Source: Octopus sinensis (lineage: Eukaryota). Taken from it: a stretch of 64,000 bases of DNA. Below are positions 56,285 to 64,000 of this stretch, piece by piece. The notes beneath the pieces were generated by a model, which did not search any database, had not been told where the DNA came from, and was given only the letters and a program-made list of their open reading frames with translations. The position numbers and the translations under genes are program-made. How positions within the stretch are numbered: the first letter of the stretch is position 1; the number at the start of each line of letters is the position of its first letter. The stretch covers positions 77,624,001 to 77,688,000 of the forward strand of contig NC_043005.1 of assembly GCF_006345805.1 (NCBI RefSeq), read 5' to 3'.

Positions 56285-57499
56285 CAGGGTGCATAAGGTA
56301 TTTGAGGACATATGTTTTTGGGGTCATTGCTGCATTTTTTGCTAACTCTGTATAATCTTTGTTTCAGAAAATAATAATGTCAGACTCTTAGCTTACTCAA
56401 GAAATGAAGAGGAATGCTGTTATTGTGGTCATAAAGGCTGAGCATAGTGATTAATAAATATCTTGATTTTTAAAAGTTGCCAGATCTTTTGTCTACAAAG
56501 TTTGTAAAGTGCTAGAGACTGAAGATGGAAATGTATCACCAGTATCAAAGCATAAAAAGTATTCTAAATGCTCTGAAATCATCAGAACACTTGAATTTAT
56601 CCAGCAACTTCAACAGACCATTGATTACAATCCCAGAAAGTCCATGAGGTCAATTGCAAAAAATCTCCATGTGTCAGAAAGAACAATCAGAAATGTTGTC
56701 CACAAAGACATCAGATATAAGTCTTATATGATGAGGAAAGGTCAATTTGACAGAAAAGTCAGAAGAAAATCACTATATCAGATCTAAAAGACTCTTAAAC
56801 AAACTGAAAAATCCAGCAGAAGATTTGGTTTGGTCTTTCTCAAACAAGAAAAACATCAACCAAGATCAAAAAGTTAACAGAAGAAATGACAGATGGTTAA
56901 GTGCAGACCCTTCTGAAGTTCCAAGAGTTATGCATACAAAATTTCCTGCAACTCTCATGGTTTTAGGGGTTGTCAGCAATGAATGATGTATGATGCCTCC
57001 ACACTTCTTTCCACAAGGCCTTAAAGTTAACTCTGCTGCCTACATTGAGGTCCTGGAAATAATTGTTAAGCCATGGATAGGCAGTGTATACAATGGAAGG
57101 CCATATGTGTTCCATTAAGATTCTGCACTATCACACATGGCTCTAGTAACACAGGAATGGATGGCTGAAAATTTTCATGATCACATAACCCCTAACGTTT
57201 GGCCTCCTAATTCCCTAGATCTCCATTGGACTATTACATGTGAAGCATTGTTGACAGAGAGGTCAAGTCAGAGTAATGTCCAAAATGAACCAGGACCACT
57301 TGATTCAAGCATGTAGATGATTTAGTTCTCAAGTAAAAGTAGCTGTTGAAGCTAAAGGTGGCTTTATTGAATAGCATTATAGAAAAGAAGCTTTATTTTT
57401 ATCCCCATAGCACTTTTTGATAAATAAAGTTATCTGTTATTACATATCTGCTTTTTTTTTTTATAAACATAAGTGTTCTTAAATATCTTAAACATCCTG
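56285..57499 (+). mobile_element. Near full-length decayed Tc1/mariner element, DD37D (maT-like)
   Basis: TA|cagggtgcataaggtatttgagga ... tcttaaatatcttaaacatcctg|TA; PRKSMRSIAKNLHVS helix-turn-helix, KFPATLMVLG, YVFH*DSALSH...WPPNSLDL..LDY; about 37 residues between the last two Asp after repairing a small deletion. Confidence 0.85.
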
Positions 57500-58062
57500 T
57501 ATATATTATACATTGTAGTTTCTTACATCTATAAAATGACTTATTGATGAGCACTGTTGTTTATATCCTCCCTGATAAGATTGATGCATGTTTCCACATT
57601 ATTCTTCCTCTCAGATTTATTTTAATGCATCTATTGAAACATATGTCGGTGATATGGTGATATAAATGACATCTTGAGCATTTGTCTCCATTTTCCATTA
57701 TTCTTATGTGTGTGTGTGTGTATTTGGAATGCTTCTTCCAGTTTCTGTCTACTAAATCCACTCTAAAGGTTTTGGTTAGCCCAAGACTATAATATAAGAC
57801 AATTACCCAAAATGTTGGTTTGTTTACATCCCCATAGCTTAGTGGTTCAGCTAAAGCAATTGACAGAATAAGTTTCAGACTTAAAATTAAAAAGTCAGTA
57901 CTGGGCTCAATTCATTTGACTGAACCTTTGAAGGCAGTGCTCCAGCATGGCTGCAGTCCAGCAACTGAAACAAGAAGATAAAAGAAAGGAATTGAGGATA
58001 TTTTCTGTAAAAGGCAAAAAAAAAAACCCCTTTTGTCATGCAGTGAAACTGAACGTGGAACC

Positions 58063-58730
58063 ATCATCATCATCATTTAGCGTCCGCTTTCCATGCTAGC
58101 ATGGGTTGGACGGTTCTACTGGGGTCTGTGAAGCCAGAAGGCTTCGTCAGGCCCAGTCAGATCTGGCAGTGTTTTTACGGCTGGATGCCCTTCCTAACGC
58201 CAACCACTCCGTGAGTGTAGTGGGTGTTTTTTACGTGCCACCTGCACAGGTGCCAGACAGAGCTGGCAAACGGCCACAAACGGATGGTGCTTTTACGTGT
58301 CACTGGCACGGGGGCCAAGCGATGCTGGCAACGGACATGAACGGATGGTGCTTTTACGTGTCACCGGCACGGGGCCAGGCGATGCTGGCAACGGACATGA
58401 ACGGATGGTGCTTTTACGTGTCACCGGCACGGGGCCAGGCGATGCTGGCAACGGCCACAAACGGATGGTGCTTTTACGTGCCACCGACACGGGGCCAGGC
58501 GATGCTGGCAACGGACACGAACGGATGGTGCTTTTACGTGTCACCGGCACGGGGCCAGGCGATGCTGGCAACGGCCACAAACGGATGGTGCTTTTACGTG
58601 TCACCGGCACGGGGCCAGGCGATGCTGGCAACGGACATGAACGGATGGTGCTTTTATGTGCCACCGACACGGGGCCAGACAGAGCTGGCAAACGGCCACG
58701 AACGGACAGTGCTTTTACGTGTCACCGGCG
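58063..58730 (-). mobile_element. Family D retroposon with expanded internal 60-bp array
   Basis: (cat)n tail then family D body; inserted into a SINE-C head. Confidence 0.8.
58262..58730. repeat. 60-bp GC-rich tandem repeat, ~7.8 copies
   Basis: gatgctggcaacgg(a/c)ca(t/c)(g/a)aacggatggtgcttttacgtg(t/c)caccg(g/a)cacggggccaggc stays in register line to line. Confidence 0.95.
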
Positions 58731-60169
58731 TGGTTGGAAAACAAATTTCTTAGTACACAGCCACGCCTGAGTACTTATTTCATGACAAAAGAGTTTTTTA
58801 GTCTTTCACAGAAAAATTCCTTAATTCTATTCTTTTATCTTCTTGTTTCAGTCACTGAACTGCAGCCATGCTGGAGCACTGCCTTGAAAGGTTCAGTCAA
58901 ATGAATTCAGCCCAGTACTGACTTTTTAATTTTAAGCCTGAAACTTATTTTATCAGTTGCTTTAGCTGAACCACTAAGCTATGGGGATATAAACAAACCA
59001 ACAGTGGTTGTCAAGCAATATGTACACAATCATACATACACACACACTCGTGTGTTTACTATGAGCTTCCACATGATGTCCATCTACTAAATTCACTCAC
59101 AAGGCATTCAGCTTACCTATGGTAGAACTATAGTGCAAGACCCCTGCGCAACATCCCTGCAGTGGGATTGAAAGCGAAACCATGTACTTGCATATTATAT
59201 TGACCTCAAAAACATCAAAAGTAAGAATTGAAATCAAGCTGCATTGGGTTTGGAGAAATATAAGGAAAATGAAACTAAGTTAGGCAAAACATAACAAACA
59301 AATATGGGTGTCTGCATATAATGAGTCAACCAAGTAGAACTCAAAGTTAAATCTTCCTCAAAAAAAAAAAGAAAGAAAGAAAGTTACACCTTGGGAAACA
59401 ATTTAAAATATGCAAAAAGATAGGAGGGTCTTTACTGCAGTGACTGATTCTTAGATGTTAATAATCAGGCCTGGAGTTGTATCTAAACAATAACAACACC
59501 AACAGCAGCAACATTAACAAAGGTAAAAAAAAAAGAAATCTGTTACTTGAAATAAATCTAAAGCAAAATATTTTCATGAACCATCATCATCATCATCATC
59601 GTCGTTTAATGTCCGCTTTCCATGCTGGCATGGGTTGGACAGTTTGACTGAGGGCTGTTGAGCCAGAAGGCTGCACCAGGCTCCAATCTGGTCTGGCAAA
59701 GTTTCTACAGCTGGATGCTCTTCCTAACACCATCCACTCTGAGAGTGTAGTACCCATTAAAATATGTCCCTTGTGTGGCCCCCTGAAAAATCTTATATGG
59801 ATCCTAGCTGAGGTCAACTGTTCTAAATATGCCACATGCAGTTTTAGGTTTTTTCTTGTTCTATGATAAAATTATGCCAAAATTAATTTTGCTTCTTGTT
59901 CCTCTCTTAGTCAACCACATAAAATTATCAGTCAAGTATGTATCAAAAAAATACAATGATATCTTGGAAAACAATTTAAAATATGCAAAAAGATAGGAGA
60001 ATCATAACTGCACTGCAGTGATTCATTCATAGATGTTTATTATCAGGACTGGTGTTATATCTAAATAATAACAACAGGAATCTAAGTGCAATCTGTTTAT
60101 TTCCATACTCCTAATCCTTTTTAAACGGATTTTCCAAATACCAACCAATAAAAACTAATCTATGCATAT

Positions 60170-60412
60170 CAGGGGTACTCAACCATTTTTTGCTTGTGAA
60201 CCTCTATGATTCCCATTTTATTTGGATGTATCCTCATAACCATTCCATGTCTAAAATGTCCTATTATATTCTTATAATTACATATTATTAGGAATAGTAT
60301 TTTTAAAAAATGTGTATTGTAGAAGCATAACTGGTTTATTGCATATAAATCTTAACTACAAAATCTTATAGGGACCTCCAAGGATCTTATAGACCTCATT
60401 TGAGAAAATTTG
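60170..60412. mobile_element. hAT-like MITE
   Basis: caggggtactcaacc start; 8-bp TSD atgcatat/atgtatat. Confidence 0.6.
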
Positions 60413-60660
60413 ATGTATATTATTAGCAAATATTTTAAACACTGATTTACTGTTAAGTTTGTTATGGTTGGTTAAACAGATATATTACCATTACTGCAGT
60501 GACTGGTTTGTAGATGTTTATAACCAAGACTGGTGTCGTAGCTAAACAACAACAACAGAAATATAAATAGAATCTATTCATTTCCTAAACTTTTTCCAAC
60601 TGATTTTTTAAACACCAACCTATAAAAACTAATTTTTCTATATTATTAGAAAATATTTTT

Positions 60661-61027
60661 GGCTGTGTGGTAAGTAGCTTGCTTACCAACCACATGGTTC
60701 TGGGTTCAGTCCCACTGCATGGCACCTTGGGCAATTGTCTTTTACTATAACCTCAAGCTGACTAAACCCTTGTGAGTGAATTTGGTAGACGAAAACTGAA
60801 AGAAGCCCGTCGTATATATGTATATATATATGTGTGTGTATATGTTTTGTGTGTCTGTGTTTGTCCCCCCAACATCATGTTTACATCCCTGTAACATAGC
60901 GGTTTGGCAAAAGATACCAATAGAATAAGTACTAGACTTACAAAGAATAAGTCCTGGGGTCGATTTGCTCGACTAAAGGCGGGGCTCCAGCATGGCCACA
61001 GTCAAATGACTGAAGCCAGTAAAAGAG
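60661..61027 (+). mobile_element. SINE family C
   Basis: Near-complete copy with tRNA-like head. Confidence 0.85.
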
Positions 61028-61250
61028 TAAACACTGATTTACTGCTGTTTAAGTCATGTTGTGGGTGGTTAATGGTTAAACAGATGAGTGTATTTTGGTT
61101 GAAAGGCAAACCAACAAGGACATGATGGGTCATGTTAGGTCACAGAGGTGACAATAATAGTGCAATGACATTATTCCCTATTCAGAGTGAATTTAATAAG
61201 AATTAGTAAACTAGGAACACCAGAGACCCCTTCAAAGCTTCTCTCTAAAT

Positions 61251-61546
61251 CAGTGGGTTTCAACCATCTTTTAAATCTAAGAACCCTTTTGGTTATTATT
61301 TTATTCTGGTGGATCCCCATAGCCATTCTTTGTATAAAATCTAATTTCCTAGATACTTCTTTCTAAATTCTCATTTTCTTTATCACACATTCACTTGTAT
61401 AGGCTGAACTGTGTAAAGACATGAGAGAAAGAACCCTACCTGTTTCTTGAAACATATCTAAAGCAAAGTTTTTTCGTGAACCCATAAAATATATACCTTG
61501 TGTGGACCCCTGAAAATCTTATATGGATCCTAGTTGAGATAAACTG
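61251..61546. mobile_element. hAT-like MITE
   Basis: cagtgggtttcaac ... gttgagataaactg; TSD ctctaaat/ttctaaat. Confidence 0.65.
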
Positions 61547-61944
61547 TTCTAAATATGCCACATACAGTTTTAGGTTCTTTCAAGTTCTGAGGTGAAACTA
61601 TGCCAAAATTAATTACCCCTCTCGTTCCCCAGCCAAGAATTGGTAAAATAAATTCAAGATTTGTTCTAAGAAGCTACTATATTATTGCCTTTCATCTTTT
61701 ACTTGTTTCAGTCAATGGAATGTGGCCATGCTGGGACAGCACCTTGGACAATTTGAGTTGAACAAATTGACTCCAGTTCTTATTTCTATGCCTGGTGATT
61801 ACTCTGTTTGCCTCGTTTGCCAAACTGCTAGGTGAAGGGGATGTTGATGCAGTAACACCAGCTGTCAAACAGTAGTTGGGGTCAACCACAGGCACAAACA
61901 CATGCATAAACATTCATATACATACACACACATATATATGTATG

Positions 61945-61983
<39 letters not shown>

Positions 61984-61989
<6 letters not shown>

Positions 61990-62221
61990 CTTTATTGCCC
62001 ACAGGATTGTAAACATAGGGGGCCAAAGAAGGACAGACAAAAGGATTAAGTCGATTACATCGAGCCCAGTGCGTAACTGGTACATATTTAATTGATTTAA
62101 TTGACCACCGAAAGGATGAAGGGCTAAGTCGACCTCCGTGAATTTGAACTCAGAATGTAACGCCAGGTGAAATACTATTAAGCATTTTGCCTGGAGTGCT
62201 AACGATTCTGCCAGCTCGCCA
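61984..62221 (-). mobile_element. SINE family A
   Basis: Reverse-complement homology to 441-657. Confidence 0.8.
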
Positions 62222-62250
62222 CTCTAATATATATATGTACACACATACAT

Positions 62251-62285
<35 letters not shown>

Positions 62286-63854
62286 ATGTGCTTGTTTCAG
62301 TTTCTGTCTGCCAAATCCACTCAAGGATTTGGTCAGCTTGAGTCTATTGTAGAAGACATTTTCCCAAGGTGCCATACGGTGAGATTGAACCTAAAAACAT
62401 GTTGTTGGAAAACAAACTTCTTACCACAAAGCCATGGCGGAGTAGTTATCTATTTTCCATGAGAATTTTTTTTTTTGCTATTTTTTTATATTTTTACAGA
62501 GAAAATATTTTTGTTCTATCTCCTCCTTGTTTCAGTAAATGAACTGCAGCCATGCTGGAGCACCACCTTCAACAGATCAGTTGAATGAATTAATCCCAGT
62601 TCAGACTTACCAATTTCATGTTTGAAACTTATTCTGAGAGTCTATTTAACTGATCTGCTAAGCTATGGGGATGTAAACAACACAACAAAGGTTATCAAGC
62701 AATAGGTGAACAATCACACATACACACACCCCTCACACACACAAACCCACGTATGCACATACATACATACACTTATACAATGGGCTTCCACACAATTTCC
62801 ATCTACCAAATTCACTCACAAGGAATTCAAGCAACCTGAGACTATAGTGGAAGACCCCTGCCCAACATCCATGCAGTGGGACTGAACCTGAAACTATGTA
62901 ATTGCATTTTATGATATTGTCCTTGAAAACAACACAAATAAAAACTCAAGTCAATTTTGATCAGGTTTAAAATCAGAATATAGAGGAATATAAAGAAAAG
63001 AAAGTGAATTTAGTCAGGCAAACTAAATGACTAAACATGGGTGTTTGCATACAGTGAGTCAACAAGATTAAAATAGCAGATAAATCTCCCTCAAATAAAG
63101 AAAACGACAACTTGGAAAACTCAGTTTAAAGTATGTAAACAATATAAGATGGGGTACGTCAACCAATGGAAATTAATTTAAGCATATCATATAGACTCCA
63201 CTTGAGAACCAATGTTGTATATTATTAGCAATATATTCAACCTTGATTTGGTGTTGTTTATGTTGTGTTGTTGGTTAATAGTTAAACAGACAAGCATGTT
63301 TTGATTGAAAAGCAGAACAACTAGGGGAGGATTGGTTGTGTGATGTCACAGAGGTAACAATAATAGTCACTGACATTATATCCTGTTCAATATGAATTTA
63401 GTAAGAATTAGCTAACCAAGAATACATATGGCACTCTCCTGACTTCTCTCTACACTAAATGTTGCCACAGGAAATTTTAGGTTCTTTCTTGTTCCATGAT
63501 AAAATTATGCCAAAATTAAAATATATCCCTTGTGTGGATCCCTGAAAATTTTATATGGATCCTAGTTGAGATCAACTGTTCTAAATAAGCCACATGCAGT
63601 TTTAGGTTCTTTCTTTTTCCATGATAAAATTATGCCAAAATTAATTTTGCTTCTTGTTCCTCTCTTAGTCAACCACATAAAATTATCAGTCAGGTATGTG
63701 TCAAAAAAATACAATGATATCTTGGAAAACAATTTAAAATATGCAAAAAGATAGGAGAATCATTACTGCAGTGATTCATTCATAGATGTTTATTATCAGG
63801 ACTGGTGTTGTATCTAAACAATAACAACAGGAATCTAAGTGCAATCTGTTTAAA

Positions 63855-64000
63855 ATAATAATAATAATAATAATAATAATAATTGTGTACAGTGCTCAGG
63901 TGCACTACAACTCATCTAAAGTGTATATATAATCAGGTGTAGTTTCGGCGGATTTCGGAAAGCATGAAGGCCTTAAAGGATGCAGTGTCATGGCAGTCAA
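63855..64000 (-). mobile_element. CR1/L2-like LINE 3' end, truncated by the window edge
   Basis: Antisense homolog of 33790-34015 with (ATT)n tail. Confidence 0.55.

Larger units (their letters stand above)
59760..63850. repeat. Local direct duplication: 59760-60097 is similar to 63520-63850
   Basis: Long near-identical stretches, e.g. ttatgccaaaattaattttgcttcttgttcctctcttagtcaaccacataaaattatcagtca. Confidence 0.88.

Noticed and set aside
58106-58770. 215-, 157- and 132-aa repetitive ORFs
   Set aside because: A 60-bp tandem unit inside a retroposon, open in several frames on both strands

Overview
This is AT-rich, repeat-dominated eukaryotic genomic DNA. The SINE families and microsatellite load resemble an octopus or other cephalopod, which is an inference from repeat content only. 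There is one credible protein-coding gene: an intronless, divergent p38-family MAP kinase (35873-36967, +). The rest is microsatellites, several tRNA-derived SINE families, decayed Tc1/mariner (including a DD37D/maT-like copy), hAT, piggyBac-like and Tigger-like MITEs, a non-autonomous Helitron, RTE, CR1/L2 and Penelope remnants, a tRNA-Asp pseudogene, two minisatellites and local duplications. The most notable hidden signal is a set of about nine minimal type-I hammerhead-ribozyme motifs of the Penelope-like-element type. They include apparent compensatory variants of the 3-8 core pair (U3-A8, A3-U8) and a variant with a 92-nt structured stem II insertion that sits in both arms of an ~806-bp inverted repeat. 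Most ORFs in the supplied track are microsatellite artefacts. All alignments and folds were done by eye.
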